A stretch of 64,000 nt of DNA from Candidatus Methanomethylicia archaeon (GTDB lineage Archaea; Thermoproteota; Methanomethylicia; Culexarchaeales; Culexarchaeaceae). Below are positions 1 to 10,631 of this stretch, one piece after another. Made by a program: the position numbers and the translations under genes. The stretch covers positions 13,088 through 77,087 of the forward strand of contig JAVYVS010000006.1 in NCBI GenBank assembly GCA_038727515.1. Direction: 5' to 3'. The stretch's first letter is position 1, and each line of letters opens with the position of its first letter. The notes beneath the pieces are model-generated. The model did not search any database, was not told where the DNA came from, and saw only the letters and a program-made list of their open reading frames with translations.

Positions 1-768
1 TCTGCTAATGTAGTAGTTGTCGCTGGTGTTAGGTTTATGGCTGAACTTGTAGCTGCAATGAATCCTGATAAGATAGTTTTACATCCAGATCCAAGTGCTG
101 GTTGTCCATTGGCAGATAAGATAAATTTGAATTTAATTTCTGAAGTTAGATCAAAGTTTAAGGGTATTCCAATAATTGTTTACGTTAATTCCCCTTTGGA
201 AGTTAAAGCTTCAGCTGATTTCTTTGTTACAAGTTCTTCAGTTTTAAGACTTATTTCTAAAATTGGTGTAGACACGGTAATCCTTGGTCCAGATAAAAAT
301 CTAGCTGATTACGTTGCTGATGCACTTAAAATTAATGTTATACCTTTACCTAGAGATTCATTTTGTCCAGTTCATGAATATTTACTTGATGAGTACTATG
401 TTAAGAAGGCTCTTGAAAAATATCCTAATGCTAAACTTCTAGTTCATCCAGAAGTTCCTCCAACAGTTCGTAGAATGTCTCATTTTGTGGGTGGAACTAG
501 TCAAATGATTAAAGCTATTGGTGAAATTGAAGGTGATACTTATCTACTTGGAACTGAAGAGGGATTAGCGTATAGAGCTAAATTGATATATGATGATAAA
601 AATATTCTGCCAGTTAATTGTAGAGCTGTTTGTATTGATATGAAAAAGATTACCCCTAGGAAGATTTTAAATTGTCTTGAAAATCTTAAACCTAAAGTTT
701 CTATTGATCGTGAAATCACCGTTAGAGCTCGTGAAGTAATATTTAATTCCCTTGAGCTACTTAGGTGA
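1..768 (+). CDS. nadA: quinolinate synthase A (5' end outside window)
   Basis: Frame is open from base 1 (AGVRFMAE). Motifs AGCPLAD, YVNS, CPVH, HPE and C-x-x-M-K; adjacent to nadC. Confidence 0.93.
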   Translation, partial: SANVVVVAGVRFMAELVAAMNPDKIVLHPDPSAGCPLADKINLNLISEVRSKFKGIPIIVYVNSPLEVKASADFFVTSSSVLRLISKIGVDTVILGPDKNLADYVADALKINVIPLPRDSFCPVHEYLLDEYYVKKALEKYPNAKLLVHPEVPPTVRRMSHFVGGTSQMIKAIGEIEGDTYLLGTEEGLAYRAKLIYDDKNILPVNCRAVCIDMKKITPRKILNCLENLKPKVSIDREITVRAREVIFNSLELLR

Positions 769-772
769 TTTT

Positions 773-1630
773 ATGAGTAGTGAACTTCTATTTAAATCGT
801 TTATTGATTGGATTTTTAAAGATGCCCCACATGGAGATTTAACTTCCAATCTCCTCATTCCAAGGGATTGTATGGTAAAAGCCATTATAATTGCAAAATC
901 TAGTGGTGTAGCTGCATGTGTTGAAGAGATTTCAGAAGTTTTAGAGAAATTTGGTTTAAAAATTCATATTAACGTTAAGAGTGGTCAAAAGTTTTCTGTG
1001 GGAGATGAAATCATGGTTATTGAAGGATCTGCTAGAAATATACTTTTAATTGAAAGGACTTTATTGAATTTACTATCATACCTATTTGGAGTTGCAACTT
1101 CAACTAGAATATTCATTGAGAAAGCTAGAATGGTTAGTTCTAAGGTTAGAATTGCTTCTACACGTAAATTTCCACCTGGATTGGGGTATTTAGCTAAGAT
1201 GGCTGTAAATTATGGTGGTGGAGATACACATAGATTTTCCCTTAGTGATGCTATTATAATTAAAGATAATCATTTAGCTATAATTGGAGATTTATGTGAA
1301 GCTATTAAAATCGCTAAATCAAAAGTTTCCTTTATACATAAAATTGAAGTAGAAGTTAGAAGTTTAAATGAAGCTATTCTAGCAGTTGAATCTGGTGCTG
1401 ATGTGATAATGCTTGATAATATGAGTGTTGAAGAAGTTTCAAAGGTTATTGAAGAACTTAAGGTTAGAGGTCTTAGAGATAAAGTTTTAATTGAAGTTAG
1501 TGGTGGAATAAATATTGATAACATAATTGATTATGCAAAATTAGATGTAGATATTATAAGTACTAGTAAGATAACTATGAATCCTGTAAGTATAGATCTA
1601 AGTTTAGAAATTGTTAATGTGCTTAAATAA
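773..1630 (+). CDS. nadC: nicotinate-nucleotide diphosphorylase (carboxylating)
   Basis: D-x-x-x-G-D-L-T-S, STRK, HRFSLSD, IKDNH, EVEV, MLDN and EVSGGI motifs. ATG 773 follows a GGTGA RBS. Confidence 0.95.
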   Translation: MSSELLFKSFIDWIFKDAPHGDLTSNLLIPRDCMVKAIIIAKSSGVAACVEEISEVLEKFGLKIHINVKSGQKFSVGDEIMVIEGSARNILLIERTLLNLLSYLFGVATSTRIFIEKARMVSSKVRIASTRKFPPGLGYLAKMAVNYGGGDTHRFSLSDAIIIKDNHLAIIGDLCEAIKIAKSKVSFIHKIEVEVRSLNEAILAVESGADVIMLDNMSVEEVSKVIEELKVRGLRDKVLIEVSGGINIDNIIDYAKLDVDIISTSKITMNPVSIDLSLEIVNVLK

Positions 1631-1830
1631 TTCTCAAAATATATGGTTCTATTTCGATTTAAAATTAATATTCTGATTTAATTTTTGATTTTTGTATTTA
1701 TTAATTATTTTTTTGGTGTTTAAAGATTTTATTTTTGATTATATTTGTTAATTCTAGTTATAAATCAATAATAGAAAAAGATAAAAGCTTATTGGATTAT
1801 AAACTAGAAAATAAGGAGGTATATAGTGAA

Positions 1831-2892
1831 GTGGAACTAAAAAAGAGGGTTGAATCAATAGAAGTTAAAGAGAAGAGCATATCTCAACTTCTCTCTGAAA
1901 TGGCTAAAACTGCTTATCAAGGTAGAAAACTTGGAGAAGCTGTTGAAGTTTGGGAAGAAATGATCAAAGATGAGAATGTAACTATAATTATGGGTTTAGC
2001 TGGCTCTATGAGTACTGCTGGTCAATGGAAGATAATTAATTGGCTTATTGAGAATAGATTTATTGATGTTCTAGTATCTACAGGTGCCAATGTTTCTGAA
2101 GATATCGTTGAAGCTATGGGTTTCTCATATTGGCAGGGGAGTCCATATGTAGATGATAGAATTCTAAGAGAAGCTGACATTAATAGGTATTATGATGTTT
2201 ATGGGTTTGAAAAGGATTATCATGCTATGGAGAATTTAATAAAAGATTTCATATTAACTCTACGTGAAGACTATGTGTATTCAACCATGGAATTCCTACA
2301 TTTATTTGGTAAATGGCTTCTTAAAAGGGGTATTAGGAGTATAGTTGCTGTAGCTGCTGAACATGGTGTACCAGTATTTGCACCTGCAATTGCTGATAGC
2401 GCTTATGGTGAAGCTTTTCTATTGGCTAAGAATGAAGGTAAAACTATAATTGTTGATAATGTAAAGGATTTCGATCAATTTGTTAGTATAGGTGAGAAGG
2501 TTAAAGATGTTGGGGTTATATATATTGGTGGTGGAGTTCCAAAGGATTATACACAATTAATAGCTATATCTATATCTCCGAAGACAAGACATGTGGGTGT
2601 TCCAGGTAGAAAGGGATTTTTAAGAAAGAGTATAAAGGAATATTACTATCCACATAAATATGCAATACAGATAACAACTGATTCCCCCCAGTGGGGTGGA
2701 TTGTCTGGATGTACATTGGAGGAAGCTATTAGTTGGGGTAAAATTGATGCTGAAGGTAAAAGGGTTACATGTTATTGTGATGCAACTATAGCGCTTCCAC
2801 TGATTACACATGCACTAAATGAAAGAATTAAATTTAAGAGGAAAGCACCAGATATGTCTTGGCTTTTCAAAGATGTTTCAAATTTAATTTAA
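1831..2892 (+). CDS. dys: deoxyhypusine synthase family protein
   Basis: STGAN, GGGVPKD, GGLSGCTLEEAISWGK (catalytic Lys) and DATIALPL. GTG 1831 follows GGAGGT; the ORF track starts at 1735. Confidence 0.9.
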   Translation: MELKKRVESIEVKEKSISQLLSEMAKTAYQGRKLGEAVEVWEEMIKDENVTIIMGLAGSMSTAGQWKIINWLIENRFIDVLVSTGANVSEDIVEAMGFSYWQGSPYVDDRILREADINRYYDVYGFEKDYHAMENLIKDFILTLREDYVYSTMEFLHLFGKWLLKRGIRSIVAVAAEHGVPVFAPAIADSAYGEAFLLAKNEGKTIIVDNVKDFDQFVSIGEKVKDVGVIYIGGGVPKDYTQLIAISISPKTRHVGVPGRKGFLRKSIKEYYYPHKYAIQITTDSPQWGGLSGCTLEEAISWGKIDAEGKRVTCYCDATIALPLITHALNERIKFKRKAPDMSWLFKDVSNLI

Positions 2893-2947
2893 ATATTCCA
2901 ATAATTTTTCAAAAATTATATAAACCTTTAACTACAAATTTATTTTC

Positions 2948-3406
2948 ATGAACGTGACTCTTCCTTCAAAATTTAGGGATATAGTTAAAATCGAGAGGTA
3001 TAATGCTTTAAACTTGAAACGTTCTTCTAATGTTTCTAATAGTATGGTTAAAGTCCTCATGAAAAGCATAGCATATGATTCTTTAAAACATGCTGATCTC
3101 TTTAAAGCTTTAATTGAAATGTTACGTGGTTTAAGTAAACCTTTAAGTGAAGAAGATTATGCTAAACTTGATAAAGTTATTATTGAACACATAAACATTG
3201 AGTCTATGATGATTAAAGAGATTGAAGCTCTCCTTAAAATAGTTGATGACGAACGGTTGAAATATGTTTTAAGGTATATTCTTGATGATGAAAGACGTCA
3301 TCATTCTCTATTATTGGGTTTACAGGAAGCTGTTAATAGAAGGGAGGTTGTCGGTAAATTTGATTGGCTTAATATTGTTTGGAAAGATGTCCCCTTCTTC
3401 TTTTAA
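2948..3406 (+). CDS. ferritin-like/rubrerythrin-domain protein
   Basis: IAYDSLKH, HINIE and DERRHH di-iron-type helical motifs. Confidence 0.7.
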   Translation: MNVTLPSKFRDIVKIERYNALNLKRSSNVSNSMVKVLMKSIAYDSLKHADLFKALIEMLRGLSKPLSEEDYAKLDKVIIEHINIESMMIKEIEALLKIVDDERLKYVLRYILDDERRHHSLLLGLQEAVNRREVVGKFDWLNIVWKDVPFFF

Positions 3407-3441
3407 TTTAAATTTAAATTACACTTTTTCATTAAATTTAT

Positions 3442-4362
3442 TTGTGGTGTAGTGATTTGATAAGTGAGGAGGCTATTGAAGCTTATAAGCAAGCTGGTGA
3501 AGCTGCGAAGGCTGCTATAAGAAAAGCTTTGGAAATTGTTCATGCTGGTGCAAGTATTAAGGATGTTTGCAATACAATCGAAAATGTAATAATTGAATAT
3601 GGTTGTAAACCTGCATTTCCATGTAATATAGGTATAAATGAAATTGCAGCTCATTATACAGCTGATGAAAATACTAGGGCAGTAATACCAGATAATTGTA
3701 TTGTTAAAATTGATTTAGGAGCCCATTATAATGGGTATATTGCTGATACAGCTATAACTTTGAATATATCATCTGAATTTGAAGATCTTATTAAAGCTGT
3801 TAAGGAAGCTATAGATGTTGTTTCCAATGAGATTGATGTTAATATTCCCATTGCAAAATTAAGTACTATAATTGAGAAGACCATTAAATCCTATGGATTT
3901 AAACCAATAAAGAATTTAGCTGGTCATCAAATTGATAGATATAAACTTCACACTGGCATTTCAATACCAAACTCTAGACAAATTAAAGATGTGTTCACAA
4001 AGCTATCCCCTGGATTTGCATATGCAATTGAACCTTTTGCAACAATAGATTCCGGGCTGGGTGAAGTTAATGGTGTTAGAGGTGGAAATATATTTAAATT
4101 GGTTAGTCCAAGGCCTCCAAAGATGGGTGCAGCTAGAAGTTTATTCTTAAATATTCAAAGAAAATTTAACTATTTACCCTTCACTAGACGTTGGCTTACA
4201 GATTTTAAAGATAATCCATCATATCCCAAATCATTTTCACAACTATTAGAGAAAGGCTATATAACTGAATATCCATATATGGTGGAAGGATATGGAAAAC
4301 CTGTAGCTCAATGGGAACATACATTCCTAGTACTTGAAAAAGAAGTTGTAAAATTAACGTGA
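3442..4362 (+). CDS. map: methionine aminopeptidase type II
   Basis: AFPCN, AAHY, DLGAH..GYIADTA, NLAGH, AIEPFAT and QWEHT. Confidence 0.95.
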   Translation: MWCSDLISEEAIEAYKQAGEAAKAAIRKALEIVHAGASIKDVCNTIENVIIEYGCKPAFPCNIGINEIAAHYTADENTRAVIPDNCIVKIDLGAHYNGYIADTAITLNISSEFEDLIKAVKEAIDVVSNEIDVNIPIAKLSTIIEKTIKSYGFKPIKNLAGHQIDRYKLHTGISIPNSRQIKDVFTKLSPGFAYAIEPFATIDSGLGEVNGVRGGNIFKLVSPRPPKMGAARSLFLNIQRKFNYLPFTRRWLTDFKDNPSYPKSFSQLLEKGYITEYPYMVEGYGKPVAQWEHTFLVLEKEVVKLT

Positions 4363-4377
4363 AAATTTTGATTTAAT

Positions 4378-4977
4378 TTATTTAATGGCTTCCTCAAATC
4401 TCCTATTAACTTCAATCCAATTTATACTCTTAAAGAAGGCTTCAATGTAATCTATTTTCCTCAATCCATAATCTATCATATATGCATGTTCAAATACATC
4501 CATTACCAGTATTGGTGTTAATCCAGCTAAATGTCCAACATCATGTTCATTAATCCATACATTCAGCAATTTATTTGCTGATTTATCATAGTATAATATT
4601 ACCCATCCAATACCTCTCATGGCACCAATACCCTTAAATTCCTTTTCCCAATTCTCATAAGAACCAAAATCTTCTACAATCTTTAGATACATCTTTGAAT
4701 TTTTATCAATTTCTTTAAATTCTTTAGTCATATTTTCAAAGTAGTATTCATGTAGTTTCATACCATTAAATTCCCATCCAAATCTACGTTTTACTTCTGC
4801 ATATTCAGGTGTTCCAATTTTTCCTTCCATAATAAGATTTTTCATAACTTCCAAAAGCTTATTCGTATTATTAACGTATCCCTGATAAAGTGTGAAATGA
4901 TTTCTTAATAGTTGTTCACTAAACCCTTTAATTCCAATTAATTGTTCATAATTCTTTGGTTTATACATGATTACCAC
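4378..4977 (-). CDS. sod: Fe/Mn superoxide dismutase
   Basis: H..LYQGYVNN, LHEYYF and DVFEHAY. Confidence 0.92.
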   Translation of the reverse strand: MVIMYKPKNYEQLIGIKGFSEQLLRNHFTLYQGYVNNTNKLLEVMKNLIMEGKIGTPEYAEVKRRFGWEFNGMKLHEYYFENMTKEFKEIDKNSKMYLKIVEDFGSYENWEKEFKGIGAMRGIGWVILYYDKSANKLLNVWINEHDVGHLAGLTPILVMDVFEHAYMIDYGLRKIDYIEAFFKSINWIEVNRRFEEAIK

Positions 4978-4989
4978 TCACACTTACAT

Positions 4990-5493
4990 CTAGAACCTTC
5001 TAAATTTATCTTTTGCTGCTCTACATAGTGGGCATGTGTCTGGAGCTTCTCCTTCCACGGTATATCCACATATTTCACATATGTATATTGGTCCTATAGC
5101 AATGTCTTCACCTTTATCTACTGCTTGTTTAGCTTTTTGATATAATATTGAATGAATCTTTTCTGCTTCCAATGCCCAACCTGTTGTGCGTTCAGCTCCT
5201 CTTTCATTTTGCATTTTTGCTACTGTATTGTATGCTGGATACATTTCTTCAACTTCATAATTTTCACTATTAATGGCATCTTGTAAGTTTTGTGACGTAT
5301 TTCCTATTTTACCGAGAATTCTATAATGATTTTTTGCATGTATAAATTCAGCGTATGCTATAGCTCTAAATAATCTTGATATATTTTTGAAGCCTTCATC
5401 TTCAGCTTTTTCTGCATAAATTATGTATTTCATATGTGCTTGACTCTCCCCTTGAAATGCGTTTTTAAGATTTTCTTCACTCATTTTCCTCAT
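4990..5493 (-). CDS. rbr: rubrerythrin
   Basis: AFQGESQA, AEFIHA and AEKIH, plus C-terminal rubredoxin CEICG...CPLC. Confidence 0.93.
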   Translation of the reverse strand: MRKMSEENLKNAFQGESQAHMKYIIYAEKAEDEGFKNISRLFRAIAYAEFIHAKNHYRILGKIGNTSQNLQDAINSENYEVEEMYPAYNTVAKMQNERGAERTTGWALEAEKIHSILYQKAKQAVDKGEDIAIGPIYICEICGYTVEGEAPDTCPLCRAAKDKFRRF

Positions 5494-5576
5494 TTTCTAT
5501 CCCCTAAACATATATTTTTTAGACTAAAAATATATATTTTACTTCCGATTTTAGTATTATAAAACTAATTATAGTT

Positions 5577-6023
5577 TTGAATGAGGAGTCCTTTATGGTG
5601 GATTCTTTAGATCTTAGGATTATAGAAGCTTTAATTAAAGAGGGGGATTTAAGTTTTAGTGAATTAGCTCGTAGATTGGGTTTAAGTGAATCTACTGTTA
5701 GAAAGAGGGTTGAGAAGCTAAAGAGGGATAATATTATAAATAAGTTTACTGTGGTTGTTGATCCATCTAAATTAGGCTTTAATTCCACTGCAATTATAGG
5801 TATTGATGTTGATCCCCCTCAACTTTTAAGTGTAGCTAAACGTATTTGTGATCTTCAAGAATCTAAGAGTGTCTTCATTTGTACTGGTGATCATATGATT
5901 CTAGTTGAAGTTTGGGCTAGAGATGGTAATCACCTTTCAAAGATAATATCTGAGAAAATTGGTGTTATTGAAGGTGTTAGAAGGGTTTGTCCCTCCATAA
6001 TTCTTGAAAGATTAAAATTTTAA
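5577..6023 (+). CDS. Lrp/AsnC family regulator (LrpA-like)
   Basis: HTH ELARRLGLSESTVRKR, TGDH and CPSIILE. Confidence 0.9.
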   Translation: MNEESFMVDSLDLRIIEALIKEGDLSFSELARRLGLSESTVRKRVEKLKRDNIINKFTVVVDPSKLGFNSTAIIGIDVDPPQLLSVAKRICDLQESKSVFICTGDHMILVEVWARDGNHLSKIISEKIGVIEGVRRVCPSIILERLKF

Positions 6024-6056
6024 CTTAATATTATAATATTTGTTTATTGATGATTT

Positions 6057-7463
6057 ATGTGTTCTGAAATTGATAAAGTTAAGAGGTATGTTGAAAGTGA
6101 AGTTCCAAATTTGATGAAGATTTTTAAAGTTCCTGGTTTTAGTATTTCTATTGTTAATAAGAGTGGGATAATTTATTGTGAGGGATTTGGATATAGAGAT
6201 TTAGAGAAGGCTCTTCCAGCAACTCCTAATACATTGTATGGTCTTGGCTCCACAACAAAGTCTTTTGTTGCATTATCTATAATGCAATTGGTTGAAGCTG
6301 GTAGAATTTCTCTAGATGATCCTGTATCTGAATATATCCCATTGAAAATTGGATTAAAGGATAAGCCTATACGTATACGCCACCTATTATCTCATTCCTC
6401 TGGAATTCCAGATTTAGGTACATCCACTATAATCTTACAACATGGTTTAGGTCATTACATAGGGATACCATTAGCTAGTGTAAACGATTTTTATAGGTTT
6501 GTTAATGATGCTCAAAGTGAAATTGTTGATGAACCCGGTAGAAGATTCTTCTATTTAAATGCTGGTTATAGAATGTTGGGTCATATAATTCAATGTATTA
6601 GTGGTATGCCATTTCATATTTACGTTACTGAGAATATTCTAAAACCTCTTAAAATGTTTAGGAGTACATTTGTTAGGAGGATCTTTGAAGGAGATCCCGA
6701 TAGAATAACTCCATATAGAATTGATGAATCTGGAAAGCATATTCCAACACCATATCCATATCCAAATATTGAAGATAATCTGGAATTCTCATTTATACTA
6801 GCTCCTGGTGGATTGATAAGTTCAGTTGTAGAATTATCAAATTATCTTATTGCAAATTTGAATTTTGGTGTATTTGAAGATAGGAGGATAATTAGTAGAG
6901 AATCTTTAGAGATGATGTTTCAAATACATATAGATGTTCCAAGGGGATTTTATGGTAGACATGGATATGGATTTGGATGGAGTATAACTGAGAATTTCTT
7001 TGGAACAAAACTGGTTTCACATGGAGGTTCAATACTTGTTTCAACATCACATCTATCTCTATTGCCAGAGTATGGTTTTGGAATAGCTATGGCATCTAAT
7101 TCTGCAGGATTTCCATATGATGAATTTTCACAAACAATATATGCAATACTCCTCGGTAAAAGTCCTGATGATGTACCCTCAGTTAAAGTTAGGAGGAAGA
7201 TGAATGTGCTTTGCGGTCAATATTCTACTTATAAGGGTGTTGATAATATTGAAGTTGTTAATAGAGGTGGAATGCTATATGTTATTCAGAAAGGTGCATT
7301 TGGAAGCATAACTTATCCATTGATTCCAGAAGATCCTCTAATGGAATCCAATAGATTCTACATATATTCTTATGGAGTTAAACAACCTGTGGAATTCGTT
7401 ATAGGTAGAGATGGTAGAATAGACTTATATATTGAAAGAGATGTTTTCCATAAAGTGAAGTGA
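6057..7463 (+). CDS. serine hydrolase, beta-lactamase/peptidase S12 family (Pab87-like)
   Basis: SxxK (STTK), YxN (YLN), LLSHSSG and HGG, plus a C-terminal extension. Confidence 0.88.
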   Translation: MCSEIDKVKRYVESEVPNLMKIFKVPGFSISIVNKSGIIYCEGFGYRDLEKALPATPNTLYGLGSTTKSFVALSIMQLVEAGRISLDDPVSEYIPLKIGLKDKPIRIRHLLSHSSGIPDLGTSTIILQHGLGHYIGIPLASVNDFYRFVNDAQSEIVDEPGRRFFYLNAGYRMLGHIIQCISGMPFHIYVTENILKPLKMFRSTFVRRIFEGDPDRITPYRIDESGKHIPTPYPYPNIEDNLEFSFILAPGGLISSVVELSNYLIANLNFGVFEDRRIISRESLEMMFQIHIDVPRGFYGRHGYGFGWSITENFFGTKLVSHGGSILVSTSHLSLLPEYGFGIAMASNSAGFPYDEFSQTIYAILLGKSPDDVPSVKVRRKMNVLCGQYSTYKGVDNIEVVNRGGMLYVIQKGAFGSITYPLIPEDPLMESNRFYIYSYGVKQPVEFVIGRDGRIDLYIERDVFHKVK

Positions 7464-7490
7464 GAAATTGAATTAAACATCTACACAAAT

Positions 7491-7880
7491 TTATACTTCA
7501 ATTAACTCATATTCATCTTGCTTTATTTTTGCAATTTTTACATATTCAAAGATTTTCTTCATATCCCCCACTATATTGTCTTTGTCATATACTATTATAC
7601 ATGTCATTCTTCCATTGCTATGTACTGCAATCACATTTAACCCATATGTTTCTCCAAGGTTTAAGAGTTCCTTTAACACTTGTATATTTATTTCCCTTCT
7701 ACTTTTTTTACATTCTACAGCTATAGTTTTCCCCTCTTTCACTACTATTATATCTATCGGTGGTTGACCTTTTGGTGTACCTTTACTACTACTAGCTCTA
7801 ATACTTAGATAACCATGTTTTGCAAATTTCATTCTCACATTATATTCGAAGCTTCTACCTTTAACATAACTTGATGGCAT
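7491..7880 (-). CDS. Hjc-like Holliday junction resolvase / PD-(D/E)XK nuclease
   Basis: GRSFE, GY..IRASSS, PIDII and ECK. Confidence 0.75.
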   Translation of the reverse strand: MPSSYVKGRSFEYNVRMKFAKHGYLSIRASSSKGTPKGQPPIDIIVVKEGKTIAVECKKSRREINIQVLKELLNLGETYGLNVIAVHSNGRMTCIIVYDKDNIVGDMKKIFEYVKIAKIKQDEYELIEV

Positions 7881-7906
7881 ACCATTAATTAAACTAACAA
7901 ATTATT

Positions 7907-8455
7907 TTATAAATTCTTGCCATGAAACTTCCTTTTGAATAATTCTATACTTTCCATAACTATTTCTTTAGCTTTTTCAGCATCCCCCCAACTTTTGAAT
8001 TTAACCCATTTACCTGGTTCAAGCTTCTTATATGCTTCAAAGAATTCTCTTATTTCAATTAATATATGTGGATGTACTTGTTCAAGCCTAGTTATACCAT
8101 GGAATCTTGGATCTACTATTGGTACTGAGAGTATTTTTGGATCATCGCCCTTTTCATCTTCAAGTATTAATACTCCTATAGGTCTAACTTTAATTATACA
8201 TCCAATTTCCAATGGTTCATATGATAATGTCATTATGTCCAGTGGATCTTCATCATGATACCATGTTTGCGGTATAAATCCATAATCCACTGGGAATACT
8301 GTTGATGTATGTATTATCCTATCCAATATAAAGACTCCCCACTCTAGATGATACTCATATTTATCTCTAGAACCACTAATAACTTCAACCACCATATTTA
8401 ATATCTCTGGAGGTTTATCTCCTGGGGGTATATCTCTCCATAGGTTTAAAACCAA
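7907..8455 (-). CDS. ppa: inorganic pyrophosphatase (family I)
   Basis: KYE, YGFIPQT, DEDPLD, DEKGDDPK and YKKLE. Confidence 0.96.
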   Translation of the reverse strand: MVLNLWRDIPPGDKPPEILNMVVEVISGSRDKYEYHLEWGVFILDRIIHTSTVFPVDYGFIPQTWYHDEDPLDIMTLSYEPLEIGCIIKVRPIGVLILEDEKGDDPKILSVPIVDPRFHGITRLEQVHPHILIEIREFFEAYKKLEPGKWVKFKSWGDAEKAKEIVMESIELFKRKFHGKNL

Positions 8456-8581
8456 TTTTCAACCTCCACATAGATATTACTCTTAACCTTTAAATCTAGA
8501 AGTTTATTGTATTTAACTTTATTTATGATGGTTCATTCAATTTATATATTTGGTTTAATAGATAACTTTTTGGTTTTAGCT

Positions 8582-9145
8582 TTGTATAGAAGGATTATTG
8601 TTTTAATACAACCTATTGGATTCGTTGATTCAAGTATTCTTGAACGTTTAGCTCTTGATCTAACTTCTAAATTTAACTTCTTTAAAACCTATATCTCAGA
8701 TATCACTCTTCCACTTTTAGATAGAGCTTATAATAAACGTAGAATGCAATACAATTCTTCTCTTCTCCTCCACTATTTAAGTAATATTTCTGGAGCTGAA
8801 AATTATGATAGGATTTTAGGTGTTGTAGATGTTGATATATATGCTGATGAACTTAACTTTGTTTTTGGTGAAGCAATTCTTAATGGTAGATTTGCATTGA
8901 TTTCACTCTTTAGGTTGAGACCTGAATTCTATGGTTATGGAGTAGATTTAGAATTATTTTTTGAAAGGGCTTTGAAAGAAGCTGTTCATGAACTTGGACA
9001 TACCCTTGGATTAACCCACTGTCCAGATAGGAGGTGTGTAATGCATTTCAGTAACAGTATTTTAGATACTGATTATAAGAGTTATGAATTCTGTAGTAAT
9101 TGTAGATTTAAGATTTTAAATGTAGTTTTGAAGCCGAAAGTATAA
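8582..9145 (+). CDS. amzA: archaemetzincin (peptidase M54)
   Basis: LNFVFG, KEAVHELGHTLGLTHC..CVMHFSNS and CxxC. Start uncertain (ORF track 8507). Confidence 0.92.
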   Translation: MYRRIIVLIQPIGFVDSSILERLALDLTSKFNFFKTYISDITLPLLDRAYNKRRMQYNSSLLLHYLSNISGAENYDRILGVVDVDIYADELNFVFGEAILNGRFALISLFRLRPEFYGYGVDLELFFERALKEAVHELGHTLGLTHCPDRRCVMHFSNSILDTDYKSYEFCSNCRFKILNVVLKPKV

Positions 9146-9169
9146 TATCCACGGTAAATTTATATTGTA

Positions 9170-9871
9170 TTGGTGTATGTATTGAAGGTTATTGGTATAC
9201 TTGGAGGTTTAGGGCCTGAAGCTACTGCTGAATTATTCATTAGGATAATTAAGGCTACACCAGCTAAAAGAGATCAAGATCATATTCCAATAATAATATT
9301 CAATAACCCAAAGATTCCAGATAGAACTGCAGCTATACTTTATGGTGGTGAAAGCCCATTGATAGAACTTATTAAAACTGCTCAAAGACTTGAAAGGGCT
9401 GGTGCAGACTTCATTATAATGCCATGTAATACTGCACATTACTATTATGATGAACTTAAATCTTCAGTTAAAATACCCTTCTTAAATATGATTGAATTAA
9501 CTGCTGAATATGTTGCTAAGGTTTATCCCAATGTAAAATTTGTGGGTTTATTGGCAACTACTGGAACTGTTAAAACTGGTTTATATCAAAAGTTATTTGA
9601 GAAGTATGGTTTTAAGATTATTGTTCCAAGTGATGAAGATCAACGTATTGTTATGAGTGGAATTTATGATGGTGTTAAAGCTGGGAATCTAGATTTAGGT
9701 AGAAAGCTTCTCTTGGATATCGCTAATAAACTTATTGATAGAGGTTCTGAACTTATGATTCTTGGTTGTACAGAGGTTTCAGTGGTTATTAAGAGTGGTG
9801 ATTTAAGGGTTCCAGTTGTTGATCCACTTCAAATTTTAGCTGAAGAAGCTGTTAAATTTGCTTTAAAGTGA
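9170..9871 (+). CDS. aspartate racemase
   Basis: GILGGLGPEAT, DQDH, IPDRT, PCNTAH and LGCTE (two catalytic Cys). Confidence 0.92.
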   Translation: MVYVLKVIGILGGLGPEATAELFIRIIKATPAKRDQDHIPIIIFNNPKIPDRTAAILYGGESPLIELIKTAQRLERAGADFIIMPCNTAHYYYDELKSSVKIPFLNMIELTAEYVAKVYPNVKFVGLLATTGTVKTGLYQKLFEKYGFKIIVPSDEDQRIVMSGIYDGVKAGNLDLGRKLLLDIANKLIDRGSELMILGCTEVSVVIKSGDLRVPVVDPLQILAEEAVKFALK

Positions 9872-9878
9872 ATGGTAT

Positions 9879-10631
9879 ATGTTTTTTGATGCTCATATGC
9901 ATATTGGTGGTATTTTTGGTGCATTTACCACGAGGATGTGTGGAGAATATTTAGATTCATTTATGGATAGTGTTGGTTTATCTTATGGTTTTATAACTTC
10001 TATGTCATCTAGTTTAAATCATAATTTATATGTTATGAGTGAAGTTTCTAAATTTCCTAGTAGATTATTTGGTTTTTATTGGGTTAATCCTAAGCGTACA
10101 ACAATATTAAATGAAGTTTCAAAAGCTTTAGAAAATGGTTTTATTGGTATAAAGTTTAGACCTGAAACTGATGGTTACAGTATGTTCAATATATCGTTGT
10201 TAGAATCAATTTTAGATTATGCTTGCAGAGAGAAACTTTTGGTTTATATTCATTGTTCAGGTTTTGGATCTTCACATCCAAGAGCCATTAGATATATATG
10301 TTCTCTATATCCTGAATTGAAAATTATAATTGGACATATGGCTCAAGGATCTATTGAAGCTATTAAAATTGCAGAGGAATATGATAATGTCTTTTTAGAG
10401 ACATCTGTTTATCGTGATAAGAAGTTTATTGAATATGCAGTTAATAAGCTTGGATCTAATAGGATATTGTTTGGCTCTGATTATCCATATTCAAATATGC
10501 AGATGGAGATTTCTAAAATCCTCAATTTAAATATTCCATATGAAGATAAACTTAAAATTTTATTTTTCAATTCCCTATCTCTTCTGCCCTCTAAATATTC
10601 TCCTAATAAACCTCTTAATTCTCATAATTAA
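9879..10631 (+). CDS. amidohydrolase family (Amidohydro_2)
   Basis: DAHMH, GIK, IH, GHM and FGSDYP. Confidence 0.85.
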   Translation: MFFDAHMHIGGIFGAFTTRMCGEYLDSFMDSVGLSYGFITSMSSSLNHNLYVMSEVSKFPSRLFGFYWVNPKRTTILNEVSKALENGFIGIKFRPETDGYSMFNISLLESILDYACREKLLVYIHCSGFGSSHPRAIRYICSLYPELKIIIGHMAQGSIEAIKIAEEYDNVFLETSVYRDKKFIEYAVNKLGSNRILFGSDYPYSNMQMEISKILNLNIPYEDKLKILFFNSLSLLPSKYSPNKPLNSHN

